The translations under genes were made by a program, and so were the position numbers. Below the pieces are notes generated by a model. It was not told where the DNA came from, did no database searches, and saw only the letters and a program-made list of their open reading frames with translations. Positions 18,159 to 26,109 of a stretch of DNA of 32,625 nucleotides are shown piece after piece (position 1 is the first letter of the stretch; every line of letters starts with the position of its first letter). The stretch is from a virus. Lineage: Duplodnaviria > Heunggongvirae > Uroviricota > Caudoviricetes. The DNA is taken from positions 132,130 through 164,754 of the IMG/VR virus record IMGVR_UViG_3300028601_000019. The stretch is one strand, 5' to 3'.

Positions 18159-18494
18159 TTATGAAATTTTTAATTTCTTTTCAATTTTTAATTTAAGCTC
18201 TTTTGGAAACTTAAAGAAAAGTACCCCTGCTTTATATTCTACACTAATATCTTCTTCTGTATATGTTTCATTAACAAGAAAATTTGTTTCTAATGAAAAT
18301 TGTGTGCCATAAACTTCCTTGTCACCATATATATAAATTCTGTTGTTTTTAAATTTTACTGTAATATCTTCCTTTTCAAAGTATGGAACCTCAAGACTAT
18401 ATACATGAAACTTATCATCTTTTAATACTGTAAGTTTATGCGCAGCATTTGCTTCCTTATAAAGGTCTTCAAAAGTTGATTTGTAAGTAAACAT
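18159..18494 (-). CDS. small heat-shock protein (Hsp20/alpha-crystallin)
   Basis: LEVPYFEKEDITV...YKAGVLFFKFPK. Confidence 0.8.
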   Translation of the reverse strand: MFTYKSTFEDLYKEANAAHKLTVLKDDKFHVYSLEVPYFEKEDITVKFKNNRIYIYGDKEVYGTQFSLETNFLVNETYTEEDISVEYKAGVLFFKFPKELKLKIEKKLKIS

Positions 18495-18550
18495 ATTATC
18501 CCTCCAAAAAATAATTTTTCTATAAAATAATCATTTAGATTCAAATGTAA

Positions 18551-18572
18551 ATAGGGAGTGTTTGCTCCCTAT
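18551..18572. terminator. terminator-like hairpin after gp32
   Basis: ATAGGGAG / CTCCCTAT inverted repeat. Confidence 0.55.
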
Positions 18573-18603
18573 TTTATTCTAAGTTATTGAAATAATTAGA
18601 TTT

Positions 18604-19560
18604 TTAGAAGTTTTCAAGTTCGGCGAGAAGATCCGCCTCTGATAGGTCTTCTGTTTCATCTTTTTTACATTCCGCTTCTTTTTCAGGTTCCTTTGTAGTA
18701 GGCTTAGATTCTTCCTTGGGGGTCTCAGTCTTAGGAGATTCCTTCTTTTCTGTCTTAGGTTCATTCTCATATTTTTCAAAATCACGAGCAACTAGATCCC
18801 AAAACATTTCATCCTTCATAGCCTTAATAAGATCAGCCATTGACTTCTTGCTCTTAGAAAGATATTCATTAAGATCTACACGAGTTTCCATAAGCTTTTC
18901 AATTTGTTCATCTGTACCAATCGCACTAGGACGACGAGCAAATGTACTCATCGAATATTCAGGAAAACTCTGATTCTGGCCACCAGATTGAGTTCCTACC
19001 TTAATAATAAAATTATAACCATCTTCACCTGGATCAAAAATTGCTGCGCCAAGTCCATTACGGGTATCCTTAATTTCTTCAGCAAGTTTCTGTTCAAGTT
19101 TAGAAGGAAATTCATAAAGAAGAACCTTGCCTTCCTGCTTAGAATCATCATCTGCTGCTTTACCAGCATCTCTAGGATCATAAGCAACGAACACATTAGA
19201 AACAAACTTTTCTTTACGCTTTAGCTTACGAGCTTCTGTTTTATCATTTTCAGATCCCTGAAAAAGCTTATTAACTACTGCGCAAATTGGGCATGGATTA
19301 TTAAAATCTTCAGTCTTAGGACATTGAAAATAAACCCACTTTTCACCCATCTTCCACATATGATAAAAAATCTTCTGATAAAATCCCTTAGTTGGATCCG
19401 GAAGAAATCTAACTTCATATGTTTTGGGATTATCAGATGGACCCTTTTCAAGGGCTTTTCATTTCTTATCTAAAAATGCACCACCAGATGTAGGCTGGGT
19501 TTCATTGCGTTTTTCCTCTACGAATTCTTTGAACAAATCCTTAGTAACTCATTTTGACAT
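18604..19560 (-). CDS. gp32: single-stranded DNA-binding protein (T4 gp32-like, 318 aa) with TGA at codons 4 and 34
   Basis: MSK*VTK...DKK*KAL...VRFLPD...YH...CPKT...CPIC...GKVLLY...FDP..G.NF; acidic tail; AAGGAG SD at ATG 19560. Confidence 0.9.
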
Positions 19561-19656
19561 AATTCTTTCTCCTTTTTTATTTTGTTTTAATTCTAAAGCA
19601 CACTGTCTTCTAATAAATGTTAACTCATATTGTTATGTCTTCCTCCTTGTTCAAAT

Positions 19657-19699
19657 TATTTATATGTTCATTATAATTGAACGAGACTGGATTGTAAAC
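19657..19699 (-). promoter_or_regulatory. tandem sigma70-type and late promoters for gp32
   Basis: GTTTACA-N17-TATAAT followed by TATAAATA (19657-19664). Confidence 0.75.
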
Positions 19700-19705
19700 A
19701 AAAAT

Positions 19706-21883
19706 CTACATCCATTTTTCAAGTTCAAGATAATCATAGGGGGTAATTCCTTTATCCAAATCGAAAACAATATCTGCCTCTTCTGGAGTTTCAACTTCTT
19801 GTCCATTTCTGGCATTAATATGCAAAGAAATTAAAGCCCCTAATGTTAGGGATTTCTTTTGAATCATACTCTTAAACATTGCAAATTGATTATACCCAGG
19901 TTGTCCAATTGTATAAGCACCACCTGTTGTTGGTTTCCCATTCATATCAACAAAACATACAGTTTTTTCTTCAATATCAAAAACAACAGGTGTATACATC
20001 ATCGATTTTCCAACCAAGTCAATATATTGTGAAACTGTTCGTGGATCATAAACTTCATTACTTTTTGGACGATCTCTTTCCATCCACCCAATACAACATT
20101 TTTCAAGCTCATCAAATGTTTGCCCAGAATATACAAAGATATGCATACCAATATATCTAACACCAAAATATTTTGCTTCTTTTAAATCTATATCAACATA
20201 CTCAGACGCACCTTTAGGACGTGGGGCATCCACAATATCCCCGGAATGTTGAGAGAACCCATTAGATGTTTGTCTAAAAGAACATTCCCCAATCACTCTA
20301 AAATTCTTATCCATAAAAGATATAGATAAATCTAAATCTCTTCCAATCCAATGCATAAACATTCTTAAAGTATTATTGCATTTAAAAGGAACCTTACATC
20401 CTCTTGAAACAATCTTCTTACCCGATGTAACATTTCTAAGACCATTATTTATGGTTGCATTATATAGAGAATCATCAAGATAAACCTTCCCTAATGGATC
20501 AAGAGTTGAAAATCTCCTAAACAATGCTGTTAAGATAAATTTTTCAAGAACATTTTTATACATTCTAAGCAATGGTGGATATTCGTTTGTCTTTTCAGAT
20601 ACCCAATGCTTTGTCTTCATTCCTTTTGGAAAGAATATTCTATGTTCAACAGAATCACTAACAACATATGAATATAGTTGATAAAGAACTCTATTTGGAA
20701 CTTCTTCACTAAGAATGTTAACTTCAAGAGCATTTAAAAATGAAATAATAAGATTTTGATCACATCCTTCAAGGAGTTTAAACATTCTTCCCATATTTCT
20801 TAGAAAGACACTTGGCTTCTTTGAAAGATGATACAACAATGCTCCCAAATCTAAGAAATCTTTTGCTTCAGCAAAATCTGAAAAACATCTTTCTGTTACT
20901 GAATTAAAAGTTTCGACTTTAACATTTTCACGCACAACCATAGCCAATTTATGAAGCTTCATTGAATGTTGGCCAGGATGAACACAATGGAAAAGCTTTA
21001 CCCACTTATTCTTATATTTAACAAGATCCTCAAATGAAAGATTACAGTTATTAAGTAGAAGTTTACAAATCATCTTCTTTTGCCAACTTCTCAACTTAAA
21101 TTTTGTATTTTCAGCAAGAGAAACATCACCATTGCACATGGCTGTTGCAATTCTAAGAATATCAGTTACTGTGAAATTCTTTTCAAATGCTAAATCTCTA
21201 TTATATTCTAATATTTGAGAAATAACATGAGCAAGAATTTCCTTGTTAACAATAGTTGGAAGAACATTTGAAATTAGAGAATTTGCTTCACCCCATGTTT
21301 GGAATATACAATCAAATGAAATTTTAGTTACTTTTTTAATATATTCAACATCATCAACAGGAAGAGAATTCTTAGAAAGAACCATTTTATTGAATACATG
21401 GTCAAAAATTGTATTATATGAAGCAAAGGAAAGTTCCTTATAATGAAACTTTTCATCAATATCAACTTCTCTCTTTTGCTTTTCAGTTAGACCAACAATA
21501 TCGATGTGGTCAGGAAAAAAAGAACCATAAGAATAATAATGAGCAATGGCAAGAAGCCTCTGTTCAAAAAGATTAAATGGAACATCAGGAAAATTTTCAT
21601 AAAATACTTTCGAACATTGAATATCACTATTGGAAGTGATCTCATCTAATGTCGATTTAAGATTGTTAAAAATTTGAGTAATGTCAAGTCTATCAGTTTT
21701 TAGGATATCATTGAACATCTCTTTAGAAGGAATGTAACCATACTCCATCATCATAGATGCAAAAGTATAAGCAATATTTGGAGTAGTTGGATGAAAACTT
21801 GTTGTGGGACTAGATGATCTAATGCTATCAATAGCAGGACAAACAACAAAACCATACTTAATAGAATCTTTGAACAATGACAT
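19706..21883 (-). CDS. large helical protein with C-terminal TerD-like domain (Ter stress-response type)
   Basis: FYENFPD, TDILR, KWVKLFHCVHPG; TerD-like RMFMHW..RDLDLS, HSGDIVDAP, GASEYVDID. Confidence 0.75.
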   Translation of the reverse strand: MSLFKDSIKYGFVVCPAIDSIRSSSPTTSFHPTTPNIAYTFASMMMEYGYIPSKEMFNDILKTDRLDITQIFNNLKSTLDEITSNSDIQCSKVFYENFPDVPFNLFEQRLLAIAHYYSYGSFFPDHIDIVGLTEKQKREVDIDEKFHYKELSFASYNTIFDHVFNKMVLSKNSLPVDDVEYIKKVTKISFDCIFQTWGEANSLISNVLPTIVNKEILAHVISQILEYNRDLAFEKNFTVTDILRIATAMCNGDVSLAENTKFKLRSWQKKMICKLLLNNCNLSFEDLVKYKNKWVKLFHCVHPGQHSMKLHKLAMVVRENVKVETFNSVTERCFSDFAEAKDFLDLGALLYHLSKKPSVFLRNMGRMFKLLEGCDQNLIISFLNALEVNILSEEVPNRVLYQLYSYVVSDSVEHRIFFPKGMKTKHWVSEKTNEYPPLLRMYKNVLEKFILTALFRRFSTLDPLGKVYLDDSLYNATINNGLRNVTSGKKIVSRGCKVPFKCNNTLRMFMHWIGRDLDLSISFMDKNFRVIGECSFRQTSNGFSQHSGDIVDAPRPKGASEYVDIDLKEAKYFGVRYIGMHIFVYSGQTFDELEKCCIGWMERDRPKSNEVYDPRTVSQYIDLVGKSMMYTPVVFDIEEKTVCFVDMNGKPTTGGAYTIGQPGYNQFAMFKSMIQKKSLTLGALISLHINARNGQEVETPEEADIVFDLDKGITPYDYLELEKWM

Positions 21884-21906
21884 TTTTACCTCACAAAATT
21901 AAAGAA

Positions 21907-22113
21907 TTGGAAAGAGGGTATAGTAAATTTTATCACATATAAGTTAAGAAGGAACTACACCCATAGCCAACATAAAATGGGAAAGTGTTAAAACTAATTT
22001 TTCCATAAAATAAGAAGGAAGTTTTAACATAGCCCACAAGACATTTGAGAAATTAAACACACTAAGGCAAATTAACGGTTTGTTTTTAGAAGGAAGTGTG
22101 TCCATAGCTCAAA
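21907..22113 (-). ncRNA. array of three covarying hairpins sharing GCTAT and TCCTTCT
   Basis: Units 21907-21970, 21978-22036, 22044-22113; stems differ in sequence but all pair; G-U pairs favour the minus strand. Confidence 0.75.
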
Positions 22114-22124
22114 AATTTAATTTT

Positions 22125-22195
22125 TCAGAAAGAGAGGAATTGAACCTCTTCCACATGATTCCAAATCATGGATGCCACCTTTACACTACATTCTG
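22125..22195 (-). tRNA. tRNA-Pro(UGG), no encoded CCA
   Basis: CATGA-TTTGGAA-TCATG anticodon arm; AGAGG-TTCAATT-CCTCT T arm; one T-T mismatch in the acceptor stem. Confidence 0.85.
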
Positions 22196-22206
22196 TTTGA
22201 TAAGAT

Positions 22207-22238
22207 TATTTATAATAACATTCAAAGAACATGTAAAC
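22207..22238 (-). promoter_or_regulatory. overlapping sigma70-type and late promoter before tRNA-Pro
   Basis: GTTTACA-N17-TATAAA with TATAAATA at 22207-22214. Confidence 0.65.
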
Positions 22239-22245
22239 AAAAAAG

Positions 22246-22357
22246 TTTTGACTAATTATCCTTCATGTTTGCTGACTCTTGGATAATGACACGATCTTGA
22301 TAAGTGCCGCAAAACAATCCGCACTTATCTACGTTCCCTCGCTAAAGGTAGTCAAAA
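22246..22357 (-). ncRNA. cloverleaf-like structured RNA (about 112 nt) of unknown type
   Basis: Outer stem TTTTGACTA/TAGTCAAAA enclosing CCTT/GAGG, GATAAGTGC/GCACTTATC and ATTATCC/GGATAAT arms. Confidence 0.65.
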
Positions 22358-22459
22358 AGTTAAATTTAGGGATGGTAGCAGCCATCCCAAGGTATTGCAG
22401 CACCTATATAGTATTGTTTTACTCACTGAAAATTGATACTATAAATATGATTTGAACCT

Positions 22460-22810
22460 CTAAACCCACAACGCCCACTTATCCAATTCATCAATAGTTT
22501 CAAAAACAGGAATTCCTTGTTCTTTAGCAATTTCAATCTCTTTTAATGTTCCCTTTGATTCTTTCCAATTAGGAAGAAGAAACATAGCATCAGATACTTT
22601 TAACCATGCTATAGAATAATCATAAAATTGTTGAACACTAAACTCAAGTTCTGGATTTAGCATTACATAAGACTTATCATGCCATGGACAAAAAGGAGCA
22701 TATCCAGCTACAAACAAATCAGCACAAACTCTTTCACCCATTCCAATATTTTTTAAAACATCAACAACATTGTTATCAGAATATTTTCCTGCAACATAAA
22801 TTCTTAACAT
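22460..22810 (-). CDS. DUF4406 / nucleoside deoxyribosyltransferase-like protein
   Basis: RIYVAGKYS, APFCPW, WLKVSDAMFLLPNWKESKGTLKEIEIAK..GIPVF. Confidence 0.8.
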   Translation of the reverse strand: MLRIYVAGKYSDNNVVDVLKNIGMGERVCADLFVAGYAPFCPWHDKSYVMLNPELEFSVQQFYDYSIAWLKVSDAMFLLPNWKESKGTLKEIEIAKEQGIPVFETIDELDKWALWV

Positions 22811-22856
22811 TATATACCCCACAATTTAATTACAAAATTATTATGTTAAATTTTTG

Positions 22857-22929
22857 AGCCGATAAAGAGATTTGAACTCCCGACATCTTGATTACAAATC
22901 AAGCGTTCTACCAACTGAACTATACCGGC
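22857..22929 (-). tRNA. tRNA-Thr(UGU), CCA not fully encoded
   Basis: Canonical cloverleaf; CTTGA-TTTGTAA-TCAAG. Confidence 0.92.
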
Positions 22930-22935
22930 ATTTTG

Positions 22936-23018
22936 TGGACGTACATGGACTTGAACCACGAAACCCTTGCGGGCGGCAGATTTACAGTCTGCTGCATTAC
23001 CAATTATGCTATACGTCC
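22936..23018 (-). tRNA. tRNA-Tyr(GUA), CCA not fully encoded
   Basis: GCAGA-CTGTAAA-TCTGC; long variable arm; A73. Confidence 0.92.
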
Positions 23019-23028
23019 TTTATAGTTT

Positions 23029-23110
23029 TAGCCCCAGTAGGATTTGCACCTACACGCAGTTTCCTGCCAGAGATTTTGAATCTCTGTTGTCTACATTCCA
23101 GCATGAGGCC
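23029..23110 (-). tRNA. tRNA-Leu(CAA), no encoded CCA
   Basis: AGAGA-TTCAAAA-TCTCT; variable arm GCAG-GAAA-CTGC; T loop TGCAAAT. Confidence 0.85.
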
Positions 23111-23125
23111 ATATTTCAAAAACAT

Positions 23126-23264
23126 CGGCGGGAGAGGATTGAATAATAAGAGTCGTTTACGTTATAACCCTCACTGCCCCCATCTTAGTGCCTTCTCCGA
23201 TTAATAATCTAGAATCATAATCAGTACATCGTTGCTCTACGCTCTTAACTTAAGCTATCCCGTC
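23126..23264 (-). ncRNA. expanded tRNA-like RNA (139 nt)
   Basis: GACGGGA/TCCCGCC acceptor-like stem, TAGCT...GTAGAGC D-like arm, long central stem with TTCTAGA loop, GAGGGTT/AATCCTC T-like stem. Confidence 0.6.
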
Positions 23265-23275
23265 TTAAATTTTTA

Positions 23276-23770
23276 TTAAAAAGGACCATCACTAAAGCTT
23301 TCTAAAGATTCCTTATTATGATCATGTATATCAAGCCATGTATAAGGAAGACCATCAACACCAACAGGCTTATTATAACGATTATCTAATACAAAATATT
23401 GATCACCAATTTCACACAAAAGAACTACATGTCTTTCGCCAATTTCAGTTATACATTTTGCAACATGAAGCCTCTTCTTATTCCACCCAATTGAAATTAA
23501 CTTTGCCATTTTGGTCATTGCATAATCATCACAATCTCCCTTCCAATCAAAAGGAAAAGCTACCCAGTTATCTTCACCTTCTGGTTCTGCTTCAAAGATC
23601 ATCTTTTCATTAACAAACCTATTAACCATTTTAATTTGCTTATAATCTCTCCTATCTTCATAGGAAAAACCATTTTTGCTTGATTCAACAATAGGATAAT
23701 TGTTTTTTCCTGCACAAGCATTTAAAAAAACACACAAACTAATGATCATAATAAAATGTAAAGTTTTCAT
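23276..23770 (-). CDS. transglutaminase-like cysteine peptidase (BTLCP/C93, LapG-like) lipoprotein
   Basis: VN, DNW, GDCDDYA..K, HVVL, VLDN; lipobox LNAC after a hydrophobic signal. Start is ATG 23770; the longer tracked start runs through tRNA-Ala. Confidence 0.85.
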   Translation of the reverse strand: MKTLHFIMIISLCVFLNACAGKNNYPIVESSKNGFSYEDRRDYKQIKMVNRFVNEKMIFEAEPEGEDNWVAFPFDWKGDCDDYAMTKMAKLISIGWNKKRLHVAKCITEIGERHVVLLCEIGDQYFVLDNRYNKPVGVDGLPYTWLDIHDHNKESLESFSDGPF

Positions 23771-23797
23771 CTTAAATCCATTTGTTAATTGTTGTTT

Positions 23798-23872
23798 TGG
23801 TGGAAACAAAGGGAATTGAACCCTTCCAGTCGGCTTGCAAAGCCAACTCGCCCCCTTGGTACATGTGCCGCC
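23798..23872 (-). tRNA. atypical tRNA-Ala(UGC) with encoded CCA
   Basis: TTGGC-TTTGCAA-GCCGA; AAGGG-TTCAATT-CCCTT; weak acceptor stem GGCGGCA/TGTTTCC. Confidence 0.7.
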
Positions 23873-23891
23873 AGTTGCTCCGAGAGTTAAG

Positions 23892-24568
23892 CTATATACC
23901 AATAAAGTTATTCAACTTTTCTATTCAATCTTTTGTATTATTGAAGAAGTCTTTTCATTCTACACGCATAACTTCCCAACCATTTTCTTCTATACATATA
24001 TCTTTTCTCTTATCTCTTTCTCGATATTCTTCAAATCTTTGATGTTGTTCCCCATCAATCTCAATACACTTTTTTTATGTTCTCATGCAAAATCTAAAGA
24101 ATATATGGATAGAGAATACTCTCGTATATATTCTTTATCATCAAACTCATTTTGTATTACCAACATAAAAAACTTTTCAGGGTATGACGCATCATTGTTC
24201 CAGCGTGACTTTCCTATATTTCACGCTCTTCCCTCTTTATGCGCTTTCTTCATAGAAAAAGATATCTTTCTTTTGGTATCATCAGGAAGTTTTTTACCTG
24301 TTCATGGTGGTATTATATCACCGTTTTTACATCTTTCCTTGTATAAAAGTCCACCCCGTGCCACTCTTTCATCACTATCTTTTGTTAAACCACGATTTCA
24401 TCCTTTCTTGCCTAGTGTGGGTTTCTGTTTTCTGCCTTCTTCTGTGTGTACTTTTCATATATGTGAACAAATACCCATCTTTGAATATTCTTTACCACAG
24501 TATGGACATTTATATTTTCCTGTTTTAATATTTATCCAATTTTCTTCTCGTTTAATTTTTATACTCAT
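23892..24568 (-). CDS. homing-type endonuclease (Zn finger + NUMOD-like + DUF559/Vsr-like domain); 7 in-frame TGA and a 1-nt frameshift at an A7 run
   Basis: CPYCGKEY..HI*KVH, KG*NRGLTK, P*TGKK, RA*NIGKSRWNN, SYPEKFF, YSLDFA*EHKK then shift to CIEIDGEQH..RD..KD..NGWEVMRVE*KD; TATAAATA at 24574-24581. Confidence 0.8.
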
Positions 24569-24603
24569 ATTTCTATTTATAAAAATAGAAAAGCGTTTAA
24601 CCA

Positions 24604-24638
24604 AACAGTCACCTGTTCTGCCACTGAACTACCTCGGA
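24604..24638 (-). pseudogene. 5' half of tRNA-Asn(GUU); matching acceptor 3' strand lies at 23878-23885
   Basis: TCCGAGG-TA-GTTC-AGTGGCA-GAAC-A-GGTGA-CT-GTT then breaks off; TCTCGGA-G follows the nuclease stop codon. Confidence 0.8.
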
Positions 24639-24702
24639 TTATCTACTATTGTTATCGTATTAAATTCATTATACTCATATAATATATGATTGTAAACAAA
24701 AA

Positions 24703-25539
24703 TTATTCAAAAAATTCCTTTATTTTTAAATTTTCTTTTGTTTCTTTTTTGCAAACAAAAATATAGCATTCAGCAATTTCGGGCTTCATAAATGCCATTA
24801 ATGCTGAAGCTAAACCAGATGAAATATCTTTTAGTTTGTTATAGAGATTTTTCTCTTCAATTGTTAAATGTTTTTTAAAATATCTAGCTTTACCAAGCCA
24901 CCCATTAACTCTTTTAATTTCAAATCCAAACCCAATAAGAATTCTTTTCATTTCATCTAATGAATACTCATAAATATGATTTTCTGGCCAAACAAAATTT
25001 TGCCCATCACATTTTTTTGGATTCGGAGAAGAGACAATTAGTACACCTCGATCACTAAGAAGGTCTTTTGCTTCCTCAATAATACTCATAACGATATGTG
25101 GATCAAGGTGCTCTAGGATCTCCTGAAGCAAAATAATATCATATTTATCATGCTGGCCAATATTATTCAAAGATTGATTATTTAGATCAAATTGAATAAC
25201 ATTAAATCTATTTACAGATTTTTCATTTTTCCCTTGATTTGCTTTATCAACAACATCTTGTCGATATTCTAATCCAACATAATCAACTCTGGGTCTGCCA
25301 GGAGAATCAAAATTATTCCACCAAAAATTTAAAAATGTTTTTTCTCCGCACCCTACATCAAGTATTTTAACTGCATCTTCAATATTTTCTCTTTTAATAG
25401 ATAAAATTTCATTACATGCAGTAGTGTATCTCAGCATAAAGGCGGAATGCCACCCATTACTTAATTTGATTTTTCCAAGAAAATCATTTTTAAAGAACAT
25501 TTCTGAACTGTCATCAAATGTATCTTTAGTCACAAACAC
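24703..25539 (-). CDS. class I SAM-dependent methyltransferase
   Basis: KILDVGCG, YVGLE, YDIILLQEILEHL, LSDRGVLIVSSPN, HIYEYS. Confidence 0.88.
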   Translation of the reverse strand: MFVTKDTFDDSSEMFFKNDFLGKIKLSNGWHSAFMLRYTTACNEILSIKRENIEDAVKILDVGCGEKTFLNFWWNNFDSPGRPRVDYVGLEYRQDVVDKANQGKNEKSVNRFNVIQFDLNNQSLNNIGQHDKYDIILLQEILEHLDPHIVMSIIEEAKDLLSDRGVLIVSSPNPKKCDGQNFVWPENHIYEYSLDEMKRILIGFGFEIKRVNGWLGKARYFKKHLTIEEKNLYNKLKDISSGLASALMAFMKPEIAECYIFVCKKETKENLKIKEFFE

Positions 25540-25552
25540 ATCCTATAAAAAA

Positions 25553-25780
25553 TTATTTATCTAAAACCATTTCAGATTTTTTGACACTCATCGATTCATA
25601 ATCTTGCATCATCTTTGTTGTTACATAGATTGTATCCTTTGTAACCTTTTTAACTTTCCCTGTAAACAAATGATTTGATGCGCCCTTGCCTTTTCCAACA
25701 TAAAAAGAAATTTGATCACCCTTCTTAATCTTTTTTACATCGGTGTCAATTTCTTCAGTTAAATATTCTTTTAAGTTCAT
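25553..25780 (-). CDS. small basic beta-barrel-like protein, possible head-internal protein
   Basis: MNLKEYLTEE leader similar to other putative internal proteins. Confidence 0.6.
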   Translation of the reverse strand: MNLKEYLTEEIDTDVKKIKKGDQISFYVGKGKGASNHLFTGKVKKVTKDTIYVTTKMMQDYESMSVKKSEMVLDK

Positions 25781-26109
25781 TTATTCCCCCTCAAAATTTT
25801 TCTGTTTAAATTTTCGACATTTTCGGCGATCCTTTTCCTTCTTCTTGTTTTCATGGGCAACAGAAGGATTGTTCATAAAATGACGAGGCTTAAACTTTAC
25901 TTCAAGATGTCCGTCTCCGAAGATTTCTTCGAAAAGATCCAAATTAATTTTTCCCATAACTCCATTCTCTTACTTGTTTATTGTTGGTACTGGTTTCATT
26001 TCTCTTCCACCAAATATGTATTGAACATAATTTAATGGTAGAGCAATCTTCTTGTCTTTAATTCTAACAATAGCTTTCTTTTGGTTGTGATAAACAGAAA
26101 CAATCATAT

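Noticed and set aside
21907-22113. CRISPR mini-array
   Set aside because: No identical direct repeats; the variable segments pair within each unit; no cas genes.
23029-23110. Possible UCA opal-suppressor tRNA because the loop contains TTCAAAA
   Set aside because: With the 5-bp stem the 7-nt loop centres on CAA, and the long variable arm and A73 fit Leu.
22872-23204. 110-aa plus-strand ORF
   Set aside because: Antisense to the tRNA-Thr/Tyr/Leu cluster.
23878-24638. Group I intron in tRNA-Asn
   Set aside because: No room for a ribozyme core outside the ORF, and no complete 3' exon.
23835-24689. 284-aa plus-strand ORF in the track
   Set aside because: Antisense shadow of the TGA-containing nuclease; it overlaps tRNA sequences and has no recognisable motifs.
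24703-25539. DNA methyltransferase or part of the glycosylation pathway
   Set aside because: No DPPY/NPPY or PC motif, and it is about 10 kb from the cluster; the substrate cannot be inferred.
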